This document shows, piece by piece, positions 56,077 through 63,993 of a stretch of 64,000 nt of DNA. The translations under genes and the position numbers were made by a program. The stretch lies in the IMG/VR virus record IMGVR_UViG_3300032050_000088, one strand, 5' to 3'. The first letter of the stretch is position 1. Every line of letters begins with the position of its first letter. The stretch is from an uncultured virus (IMG/VR IMGVR_UViG_3300032050_000088) (taxonomy: Duplodnaviria > Heunggongvirae > Uroviricota > Caudoviricetes). Below the pieces are notes generated by a model, which was given only the letters and a program-made list of their open reading frames with translations, searched no databases and was not told the origin of the DNA.

Positions 56077-56601
56077 ATGAATTCATATTTCTTTAAAATG
56101 ACTCAAGCCGAGAAAAACAATATTCTTGACCAACATAAAACAATTTATGATGGGTTTGCAACTCAATACGGTCAACCAAATGAACAACCATTATATGTTC
56201 AAGATTTTGCTAATGATAAAGCCGGTATCACAGTTAGTAACAAAGGTGATGTAAAATCATATACAAACATGAAAATTAATGAGGATGTGTTTACAGGTTC
56301 TGCAGTTGAATCTGAGGAAACATTTGAAGATGAAGAATTCATGGTAAGTGTTGGTGAACAGTTGGATATGATTGGTGACGGCTCTGAGGATTTAGACCAC
56401 GGCACATTTGAGGATGATGAAACGGAGATGTTGGTAAGTCCTGAAGGTGAAATAGACATATTTGTTGATGATAATAAAGATGATTTTGATGAAATTGATT
56501 TGGAAAAAATGTTTGAGGAGATAGATGAGGATATTGTTGAACCTTTACAAGAGCAGATTAACAAAACTCTTGACATGTTTAAGAGATTTAAAAAATATTA
56601 A
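56077..56601 (+). CDS. acidic hypothetical protein (leader-like N-terminus)
   Basis: ORF behind TATTTAT. Confidence 0.75.
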   Translation: MNSYFFKMTQAEKNNILDQHKTIYDGFATQYGQPNEQPLYVQDFANDKAGITVSNKGDVKSYTNMKINEDVFTGSAVESEETFEDEEFMVSVGEQLDMIGDGSEDLDHGTFEDDETEMLVSPEGEIDIFVDDNKDDFDEIDLEKMFEEIDEDIVEPLQEQINKTLDMFKRFKKY

Positions 56602-56606
56602 ATGTT

Positions 56607-56945
56607 ATGCAGATTAAAGATTTAGTTTCATTTTATGTGAATGAATCATCCCACACTTTAGATGTGACATTTAGGATTGATTCTGATTTGGATGATGAGG
56701 TTAGAACAGACCAAATAGGGTTTGATGAAATTAAAGGATTCGGGTATAATTTTCTTGATGACAAAATAGATGTTTATAAAACTCTATTTGAAGACGAATC
56801 ATTTGATGACGAAGAAGACTTCAACGCAGATGACTTTGAGGATATTTTTTCTGAAGGTGAAATTGACGAACAAGAAGTAATATCTTTTTTAGAAGAATAT
56901 TATTTAATTTACAGTACAAGATTACCTGATACAGAAATTTATTAA
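56607..56945 (+). CDS. acidic hypothetical protein
   Basis: ORF in operon. Confidence 0.75.
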   Translation: MQIKDLVSFYVNESSHTLDVTFRIDSDLDDEVRTDQIGFDEIKGFGYNFLDDKIDVYKTLFEDESFDDEEDFNADDFEDIFSEGEIDEQEVISFLEEYYLIYSTRLPDTEIY

Positions 56946-57448
56946 GGTCCAATTCTTGTTAAATGTAACGTCATCGAGGATTGTTGCCAAATATTGGGAA
57001 ACACCCATTGACCTGTAGTTCTAAATGTTAGACTTTCTGCGGAATCATCTACAACTTTTAAAACTAATTTTCTTTCCATCAAATTAATGTCAATGTATCC
57101 CAAGTCATATTGATTGTAAGCCGGTACCAAACTATAGAAATATTGTTCGGACCATTCTAATTGACCTACGGGGTTTACATAAGGTAAAAAAGAAACCACA
57201 CTATAATCAAAATGCCATTTGGTATGACCCACATGTATGTAATTTAGAGGAAAACTATCGGTTTCATTTACAAAAACATCGCCAGGTAGATATGTAGTAT
57301 CTGACCCAGTGTTAGGGCCCTCAGTAATATTAACAACTATTTTATCGATGATGTATTCACCACTTAGACTAACTAATGAAGGCTCTTCGTATCTATAACA
57401 AGATACTAATACACTTGATAATATAAAAATCAAAAATATGTTTCTCAT
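56942..57448 (-). CDS. lipoprotein
   Basis: LVSC lipobox; TATATTTG upstream. Confidence 0.75.
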   Translation of the reverse strand: MRNIFLIFILSSVLVSCYRYEEPSLVSLSGEYIIDKIVVNITEGPNTGSDTTYLPGDVFVNETDSFPLNYIHVGHTKWHFDYSVVSFLPYVNPVGQLEWSEQYFYSLVPAYNQYDLGYIDINLMERKLVLKVVDDSAESLTFRTTGQWVFPNIWQQSSMTLHLTRIGP

Positions 57449-57504
57449 AATAGTAATATTTTACAAATATAGGAAATTTTTGAATAACAAAATATTTATT
57501 TTAT

Positions 57505-57753
57505 ATGAAAAACGATATTGATTCAATCATTTCTCTGATGAAATCGTTTACTCCGTCATCAGATAAAGAAGAAATGGGAGAACAGGACGCTGCAGCACCT
57601 GCCTCGGGAGGTGGAGGAGCTAAGCCGGCGTATCCTACGGTAACAAAATGGGAAAGTGGTGTTGCAAGAACAGGGCCTGCTAATCAAATAGGACTTACAA
57701 AGTGGAGTGAAATTGTTAAATTAACAAGAGGTAAGGCTAATACTTTATTATGA
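57505..57753 (+). CDS. small protein with duplicated KW...R(T)G.AN motif
   Basis: KWESGVARTGPANQI / KWSEIVKLTRGKANTL. Confidence 0.7.
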   Translation: MKNDIDSIISLMKSFTPSSDKEEMGEQDAAAPASGGGGAKPAYPTVTKWESGVARTGPANQIGLTKWSEIVKLTRGKANTLL

Positions 57754-57793
57754 ATTTATTATAAGTAAGATATATTTATTAAAAAACTAAATC

Positions 57794-58804
57794 ATGGATA
57801 ATAAGAGAAAAATCGGAGAAGAAGAATTAAAAAGAGCTCTTCTCATGATGAAATACGACAGTAAAAAAACATTAACCGAAAATGTACAAGAAGTTGGAAA
57901 ACCACAAATTTTAAATGAATGGGGGTTTTTATTACCGGCTTTAGGAAGATTAGGGGCTTCACTATTAGGAAAAAAAGCCGCCACTACGGCAGCTGGCACT
58001 GCGGTAAAACGAGGTTTAGGAGCTAGAGCCGCAGGTTTTGCAATAGATACCGCAGCATTTACATTACTCACATCTTGGATTAGTTCACTAATGGGAGGTG
58101 GAGACGCGGAACAAAAACTCAAAATGTTTTTTGAAGGTTGCCCAACTCACATGGGAAAAATACAAGGTACCAATAGTCAAGAAGAAATAAGAAAGGCTGC
58201 CGATACAATTTGGGAAAATTCTGAAGGTGAGGATTGGTACGAAGGATTCGGTTCTGGAAATGAAGAAAACATTAAAAAGGCCATTAAATCTATGAATACT
58301 ATTTCCGATATTTGCGCATTAAGTGGTGTGTTTTATGATGTATATGGAACTACTTTAGAGGATGCACTTACGGGTGAGGCTACGGGGTCTGACTTGGTTT
58401 CATACGTATGGGTTCCTATAAATGATAAAGTTAAAGAATCCGATTCTCAATTATCGGAATTACAACAACAAAATGCACAAGATGGTGCAACAGGTGAAAC
58501 CCAAGATGGAGGAACAGGTGAAGCTCAAAATGCGCCTGCAATAGGTAGTTATACACCATGTAGTGGTACTTACACAAGAGGATGTTATTCTGAGGCAATT
58601 AAAGAGGTTCAAACATGTTTAGGAGGTTTAGTTCCTGATGGTAAATTTGGGCCTAAAACACAGGCGGCGTTAGACGGAGTTGGTTTTGGTAGTGGATTTA
58701 AGGATTCTGATGTTTCCAAAATTTGTAACGTATCATCAATGCCTGAACCTGATATGGATTTACCGACACCTGATGAAGATGACATTGATTCATTGAATAT
58801 TTAA
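57794..58804 (+). CDS. leader + Gly/Ala-rich segment + annexin-like repeat + peptidoglycan-binding domain
   Basis: AADTIWE...GFGSGNEENI...FYDVYGTTLEDALTGE; EVQTCLG...DGKFGPKTQAAL. Confidence 0.6.
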   Translation: MDNKRKIGEEELKRALLMMKYDSKKTLTENVQEVGKPQILNEWGFLLPALGRLGASLLGKKAATTAAGTAVKRGLGARAAGFAIDTAAFTLLTSWISSLMGGGDAEQKLKMFFEGCPTHMGKIQGTNSQEEIRKAADTIWENSEGEDWYEGFGSGNEENIKKAIKSMNTISDICALSGVFYDVYGTTLEDALTGEATGSDLVSYVWVPINDKVKESDSQLSELQQQNAQDGATGETQDGGTGEAQNAPAIGSYTPCSGTYTRGCYSEAIKEVQTCLGGLVPDGKFGPKTQAALDGVGFGSGFKDSDVSKICNVSSMPEPDMDLPTPDEDDIDSLNI

Positions 58805-58817
58805 AAAATTTAACCGA

Positions 58818-60500
58818 ATGAAAAAAAGAAATATTATAACGGAACAATCCGCTGTCATGGATGACAGAACAAAACTAAAAACCGCTGCCGAAAATGGATG
58901 CTATCCTAAATGGTTAAAAAATGGAAGATTAGGTAACTATAAAGGTAAAAAAGTTTGGTATGGCACAAACGATAAAGGAAATACCGTTATCTTCTATGCG
59001 GATATGACCGCAGAAGTTAAGTTCAAAGATACAGATAAACCTTCTAAAACTGGAAAATGGAAATGTCAGGCATTAGAACAAACAGTTGGTGTGGAAACTC
59101 CAATGGAACAATTCACTCCTGACCAACAAAAATACATTGAAGATTTGGTTAAATATGAAGGTGTTGTTAGAGAAAAACCATCTGACTATGAAACAAATCA
59201 AGGAAAATATGAGGTCATAGATTTAAATTCCAAAAACCCAACTTTATTCCCTAAAGTCGGAGTTGCGATGGTTTATAAACAAAAGGGCGAAATTAATATT
59301 GATAAACCACAACAAGACCAAATAATTCAATCTTACAAAGATAGAGGGTATCAAATTGAAAGACCACCAGCAACTGAAAGTTTATTTTGGAACTCAATTG
59401 AATTAAGAACCGCTGAAGATGGTAAATACTCAGAATATTTTTCAAAACCATTTTTCATGTATCAGAGAGTCCAAGATACAAAACTTGCGGACGAAGACGT
59501 TAAGCAAGTTGAAATTGATAGTCAAAGTCAAGATGTTGAAAAATCTTTATGTAGACAATATATTCAATCTTTATACACTCACATGTCCCAAAACAAAGCC
59601 ATGGAAGACACTATGAAGAATAACATGAAGATTTATGTTAGAAGATGTGCCGCTCAAGATAAAATTCCGATGTTTGCTAAGAGTAAATATGAGGAATTAT
59701 ATGGTTTGAACCCTTATAGAAATTCTTATAGTTTGAGATGTCCGGCAGGATACAAATTAAATGAATTAAAAGTTTGTATGCCGGTTAAGGGAAAAAATGA
59801 AAGCATCGAACAAAAAGAAGTTATTGATAGTTACGAGATTGATTTGAAAAAATCAATTAAAGAAGGACTTAAAAACTATAAAGGTCCAAAAAAAAAAGTT
59901 AACGAGAACGAAACCAAAATAATTAAAAACAGAATTAAATTCATAACTGAGGACATAAATTTAGACTCAGTTGAGAACCAAAAAAAGGTGGGTTCAGAAT
60001 TATTCGAGGAAGTTATGTACCTTCGTTCACAAGGTTTTAATTCTCCATTATTAAATGAAAGTTTATTTGACTTTTTAGGTGGAGTTTTAGGACACTCAAC
60101 TGAAGGAGTAAGTCAGTTCTTTAAAGAGAAATTAGTAGATAAAGTTCTATCAATATTAGGGGTAAATCCTGATAGCTGGGTTGGAGGAGTGGTATCAACA
60201 ACTATTGGTAACTTAGCGTTAAGTGACATTCCTAAAGTATTTAGTGATTGTAGTTTTACAACAAAATTATTATCAAAATCAATCGCCGAAGAAGCCGTTA
60301 ACCAAGTTAGATTAGGTGTTGGAGTATCTGGAGGTTTCTATGATATTCTTTCAAATACTTTAGTTGATATGATTGAAAAAGGTGATTTCGCCCAATCAGT
60401 CGAAGAAAAATTAGCAGAATCAATTTGTCCTATGTTATCTGATGTTAGACAAAAATTTACTGATACAGAACAAGGTTTAAAGGACAAAGTTTTTTCTTAA
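58818..60500 (+). CDS. large hypothetical protein with MKKRNIITEQ leader
   Basis: Long ORF; internal (L/I)xE motifs. Confidence 0.8.
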   Translation: MKKRNIITEQSAVMDDRTKLKTAAENGCYPKWLKNGRLGNYKGKKVWYGTNDKGNTVIFYADMTAEVKFKDTDKPSKTGKWKCQALEQTVGVETPMEQFTPDQQKYIEDLVKYEGVVREKPSDYETNQGKYEVIDLNSKNPTLFPKVGVAMVYKQKGEINIDKPQQDQIIQSYKDRGYQIERPPATESLFWNSIELRTAEDGKYSEYFSKPFFMYQRVQDTKLADEDVKQVEIDSQSQDVEKSLCRQYIQSLYTHMSQNKAMEDTMKNNMKIYVRRCAAQDKIPMFAKSKYEELYGLNPYRNSYSLRCPAGYKLNELKVCMPVKGKNESIEQKEVIDSYEIDLKKSIKEGLKNYKGPKKKVNENETKIIKNRIKFITEDINLDSVENQKKVGSELFEEVMYLRSQGFNSPLLNESLFDFLGGVLGHSTEGVSQFFKEKLVDKVLSILGVNPDSWVGGVVSTTIGNLALSDIPKVFSDCSFTTKLLSKSIAEEAVNQVRLGVGVSGGFYDILSNTLVDMIEKGDFAQSVEEKLAESICPMLSDVRQKFTDTEQGLKDKVFS

Positions 60501-60565
60501 GAAACCTAGCAGAGTAGTTTCTGCAATGGGATAAACCACTAAAAGAAAGGGGGTATTCCAAATCT

Positions 60566-60597
60566 AACAAAAGGGTGTCGAGAGACACCTTTTTGTT
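60566..60597. terminator. bidirectional terminator
   Basis: AACAAAAGGGTGTC-GAGA-GACACCTTTTTGTT between convergent genes. Confidence 0.8.
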
Positions 60598-61089
60598 TTA
60601 TATGAAGGATTTTCTAAATTCTTCCCATACAAACTCAACTTGAGGATTTACAACGTCTGAAAATATTGTCGGTTCATATGGTTTTTTGAGTAATTTCATT
60701 CCGGCTTCATCCGGTGTTTTATTGTCCTTTGTTCTGTTACATGAAGAACAACAAGTAACAAGATTTAACCAAGTATTTTGTCCACCTCGTGATTTAGGAA
60801 TAACATGGTCAACAGTTAAATTTCTTTTACTACCACAATAAACACATTGATAATCATCCCGCCTAAAAAGTCTATGACGATTAATTTTTAATTTGTGATA
60901 TCTGAATTTAACATAATTGAAAAGGCGTATAATAAGAGGTCGAACAAATGACCTTAAACCTGCCATAATTGGCTGGTCGTGAGACTTTAATATCTCCGCC
61001 TTACCCTTATTAACCAAATTAAAACCTTTAAAAACGGTTGTTACGTTAATGGGGGTGTAGTCCGAATTTAGTACTAATACCTTTTCCAT
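60598..61089 (-). CDS. HNH endonuclease
   Basis: VLVLN..Y.P; RD...CVYCG...LTVDHVIPKSRGG..TW.NLV.CC..CN. Confidence 0.9.
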   Translation of the reverse strand: MEKVLVLNSDYTPINVTTVFKGFNLVNKGKAEILKSHDQPIMAGLRSFVRPLIIRLFNYVKFRYHKLKINRHRLFRRDDYQCVYCGSKRNLTVDHVIPKSRGGQNTWLNLVTCCSSCNRTKDNKTPDEAGMKLLKKPYEPTIFSDVVNPQVEFVWEEFRKSFI

Positions 61090-61182
61090 CTATTTATTCA
61101 ATATCTCAAATATACAAAATTTTAATCACATAAAAAATAACATGTGAAAAAATAATTTATTTGGTTATTTGGAAAATGTTCG

Positions 61183-61190
61183 TATATTTG
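61183..61190 (+). promoter_or_regulatory. Bacteroidota -7 box for the tRNA
   Basis: TATATTTG 17 nt upstream of the tRNA 5' end. Confidence 0.65.
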
Positions 61191-61207
61191 TGGTGTGAAT
61201 AACATAT

Positions 61208-61490
61208 GTCTCCGTAGCTCAGTAGGATAGAGCAACAGCCTCAAAGGGGGCGTCTGATTAGAAATAATCAGATGGAACTTCTCGAATTCGGTGAAACCTT
61301 CCGAGTAATGTCGATGGTAATACCGAGCCAAACCTCAGAAATGAGGAAGTGTGTAGAGACTAAGTGGGAAGCACCTAAACAAATTAAGTTGAAGGTGATG
61401 ATATAGTCCAGACCACAAACCGAAAGGGTAGTGAAAACTATAGTGGTATGTCTAAGCTGTGGGCCACAGGTTCGAATCCTGTCGGGGATA
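61208..61490 (+). tRNA. tRNA-Arg(UCU); exons 61208-61241 and 61451-61490; CCA not encoded
   Basis: GTCTCCG/CGGGGAT acceptor; GCTC/GAGC D-arm; ACAGC-CT|TCT-AA-GCTGT anticodon arm; ACAGG-TTCGAAT-CCTGT T-arm. Confidence 0.92.
61242..61450 (+). ncRNA. group I self-splicing intron (IC3-like, no ORF, 209 nt)
   Basis: Exon ends in U, intron ends in G; P1 GCCU/GGGC; P GAATTCGGTGAAACC, Q GGTAATACCGAGCCAA, R GTGTAGAGACTAA, S GATATAGTCCA. Confidence 0.9.
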
Positions 61491-62018
61491 CTGGTAACTC
61501 AATTGCTCACCGTGAATTTCGCGGTGGCAATTTGAGCACAGTAACATACATTTATCCAATTCATCAATTATTACTTGGTTAAATGAGTATATTTTAAGAT
61601 GTGATAGAGTAAAATCTTTTTCTTCAGGATTCAAATGGTGGAACTCTAAAGCTCCAATATATTTATCATATCCACATCTTTCACATTTACCCCCCTTATA
61701 ATCTACCATTTCTTTTTTCAATTTTCTTTGCCTCTCAATTGTTTGCATATTTGTACATTGCTTACAATACACTGATGAATTTTCTTTACCCCTTCTACTA
61801 TAAAATTCAGAAGTATCACAGTCTTTTTTACATCTAGGACAAAATCTAGTTTCACCATAAACCTTTTTCCCCATTTGTTTAAAAGGTTTATTTGGAAATT
61901 CAACATTATGTTTTTTTGCCCAATATCTCACTGTTGTTAGTCCTTTACCTGTTTCCTTACTTATTTGGTTTAGAGATAAACCACTATTAATTTTCCCAAT
62001 TAAAAATTCTTTAGTCAT
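61452..62018 (-). CDS. HTH + zinc-finger HNH endonuclease (putative homing endonuclease)
   Basis: SLNQISKETG..LTTVRYW; C..C...CKQC; GGKCERCGY...LEFHH...C.LLCSNCHREIH; start moved to 62018. Confidence 0.85.
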   Translation of the reverse strand: MTKEFLIGKINSGLSLNQISKETGKGLTTVRYWAKKHNVEFPNKPFKQMGKKVYGETRFCPRCKKDCDTSEFYSRRGKENSSVYCKQCTNMQTIERQRKLKKEMVDYKGGKCERCGYDKYIGALEFHHLNPEEKDFTLSHLKIYSFNQVIIDELDKCMLLCSNCHREIHGEQLSYQYPRQDSNLWPTA

Positions 62019-62087
62019 ATGGATAGTTTTTATATAAATATCCATTAAGTTATTTTTTTATTGGAAATTATTGACTATATTTGTGGT

Positions 62088-62465
62088 ATGAAAAAACTAA
62101 TCCTAACTTTAGTCCTATCACTTTGGACAATCATTTCATTTTCCCAAGTTTGGGCAAAGGCCGTCAGTCTAACAATTGGTGTCAGAGATGATGCTTACTC
62201 CAAATTTACGTGGGGTGAAACAAAAAGTTTACCCGGAGATATCCTAATTAAATTTGATGACCAAGAAGTAACAATATATACCGAGGACATTCAATTCTAT
62301 CAAACATTAAAACCTGAATATTTTACTGAGGATGGTAATGGGTCATATTGGTTTGCGGTTGATGAAGAAAGAAAAAGATGCAAGCTTTATATGTACAATA
62401 AGGGTGGGAATGTTATTATGATTGAATACGACGATGTTTGTATAATTTATGGGGTTTTATATTAA
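62088..62465 (+). CDS. secreted hypothetical protein
   Basis: Signal peptide (SFS-Q); TATATTTG 4 nt before the ATG. Confidence 0.75.
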   Translation: MKKLILTLVLSLWTIISFSQVWAKAVSLTIGVRDDAYSKFTWGETKSLPGDILIKFDDQEVTIYTEDIQFYQTLKPEYFTEDGNGSYWFAVDEERKRCKLYMYNKGGNVIMIEYDDVCIIYGVLY

Positions 62466-62469
62466 AAAG

Positions 62470-62661
62470 ATGGAAGACCCGATTAAATACAAGATTAAAA
62501 ATTCTCATTATTATAAGTTTGGAGGTATTGCCCCTGATGGATTCACCTTAATCCCAAACGAAACTCTTAAAAGGTTGTTAGATTTTGATAATTGGAAAGA
62601 ATGGAAATCCGACCATTCAGTTTTGGAAAAATGGATGATTGAGGACACTGTTGATAAGTAA
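62470..62661 (+). CDS. hypothetical protein
   Basis: ORF in operon; start moved to 62470. Confidence 0.55.
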   Translation: MEDPIKYKIKNSHYYKFGGIAPDGFTLIPNETLKRLLDFDNWKEWKSDHSVLEKWMIEDTVDK

Positions 62662-62699
62662 AATTTGTAAAATCAAAAAAGTCACCTTATATTTGTACC

Positions 62700-63368
62700 A
62701 TGAAACACACACTTATTATCCTTACAGTTATTACTTTATTTTCATGTAACAATGAGCCGACCAAAGTCGTACCTTGGTCTGAGAGCGGAATTCCTGAACT
62801 TGAAAGTCTTGGTCGAAAACTCGAAAAAATGCCAAATGTTGACGACACCCTATCTCAACATTACGTCAAAATCCTTAAAGAAAAGGAATCAAATGAAATT
62901 CAACCAAAAGTCGAATCTGCGGTCCGAATTAAGGGGTTAGGTAATTACAACCAAAAGGATGTCAACAAAGTTGCGGAATATGTGAACAAGTTTTTTGGTT
63001 ATAAATGTATAATTGAGGAAGGAGTTCCAACCACATCTAAAATGTATTATGGTGGTAGTGATTTGGATGTATCACAATGTATATTTGAACTTAATCGTCA
63101 CGGTGTTAAAACAATATACGTGACTAATGAAAATGTTGTTAACAAAGGACAACAAATTCGTGGGGGTACGTTCTTACGTTGTAATACTGTGATTGTTGAA
63201 CATACTGATTATGATGAATCAACTGTTTTACACGAAGTTGGACATACTTTGGGACTTGTTCACTGTGATAACCCAAAATGTTTGATGGCGATTAATAATG
63301 ACGCCGAGGTAACTATGGATTTTTGTAATAAATGTAAAAAAAGATTAGAAAATGAAAACATTCGATGA
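62700..63368 (+). CDS. lipoprotein zinc metalloprotease (archaemetzincin-like)
   Basis: LFSC lipobox; HEVGHTLGLVHC....CLM...FC..C. Confidence 0.85.
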   Translation: MKHTLIILTVITLFSCNNEPTKVVPWSESGIPELESLGRKLEKMPNVDDTLSQHYVKILKEKESNEIQPKVESAVRIKGLGNYNQKDVNKVAEYVNKFFGYKCIIEEGVPTTSKMYYGGSDLDVSQCIFELNRHGVKTIYVTNENVVNKGQQIRGGTFLRCNTVIVEHTDYDESTVLHEVGHTLGLVHCDNPKCLMAINNDAEVTMDFCNKCKKRLENENIR

Positions 63369-63636
63369 TTTGATATTTAAACCACACCCTGTAGGTATGG
63401 GTGGAAAATTGGCTCAAATGGAATTGGGCAACGGATACACAATTTCTGTGGTTGGTGGTAGAAAAGGTTTATACGGAGATGGTGAAACGACTTTTGAAGT
63501 TGCAATGTTTGACCGAACTGGTGAAATGCTTAGGTTGTCAGAAGATGACCAAGTTTTGGGTTGGATGACTATTGATGAGGTAAATGAAATAATTCAAAAA
63601 TACGATAATGAGCCAATTTTAAAAGTTAAATTATGA
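63352..63636 (+). CDS. hypothetical phage protein
   Basis: NGY.ISVV...LYG....FEVA...VLGW. Confidence 0.7.
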   Translation: MKTFDDLIFKPHPVGMGGKLAQMELGNGYTISVVGGRKGLYGDGETTFEVAMFDRTGEMLRLSEDDQVLGWMTIDEVNEIIQKYDNEPILKVKL

Positions 63637-63797
63637 GTAAAGAATCTAAAGATTTTGCATATTGGATACCAACAGTATACGAACCGTGCGGACAACACGA
63701 TTGGAAATATCGGTATCCAAAAACTTCAGAGGATATGACCAAGTGTTTTACTGTTGAGGAGGTCTATAACGATTATATACAAAAAAAGGGGAGTTAA
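63633..63797 (+). CDS. small hypothetical protein (54 aa), not in ORF track
   Basis: ATGA overlap with the upstream gene. Confidence 0.5.
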   Translation: MSKESKDFAYWIPTVYEPCGQHDWKYRYPKTSEDMTKCFTVEEVYNDYIQKKGS

Positions 63798-63828
63798 CAA
63801 CTCCCCTTAATTCCCAATATTTGAAATA

Positions 63829-63993
63829 TTATTTGTTGGATAAAACTGACCAAACAGTTCCAACAAAAGTTACAGTCATACCAATTATGTCCATAATTTG
63901 ACCTTCTGTTGCCAAGCCCTTAGCAACTAAAATTCCCCCTAAAAAAGTAAGTCCGTGTCTAACTAAACCCAAAATTTGTTCTTTTTGTACCAT
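63829..63993 (-). CDS. small two-TM putative holin (54 aa), not in ORF track
   Basis: MVQKEQILGLVRHGLTFLGGILVAKG...VGTVWSVLSNK. Confidence 0.6.
   Translation of the reverse strand: MVQKEQILGLVRHGLTFLGGILVAKGLATEGQIMDIIGMTVTFVGTVWSVLSNK

Noticed and set aside
61235..61251. Uninterrupted tRNA-Leu(CAA) reading
   Set aside because: ACAGC cannot pair with GGGGC; the true 3' strand GCTGT and the T-arm lie after the intron.
61122..61331. 69-aa minus-strand ORF
   Set aside because: Antisense shadow of the tRNA 5' exon and intron.
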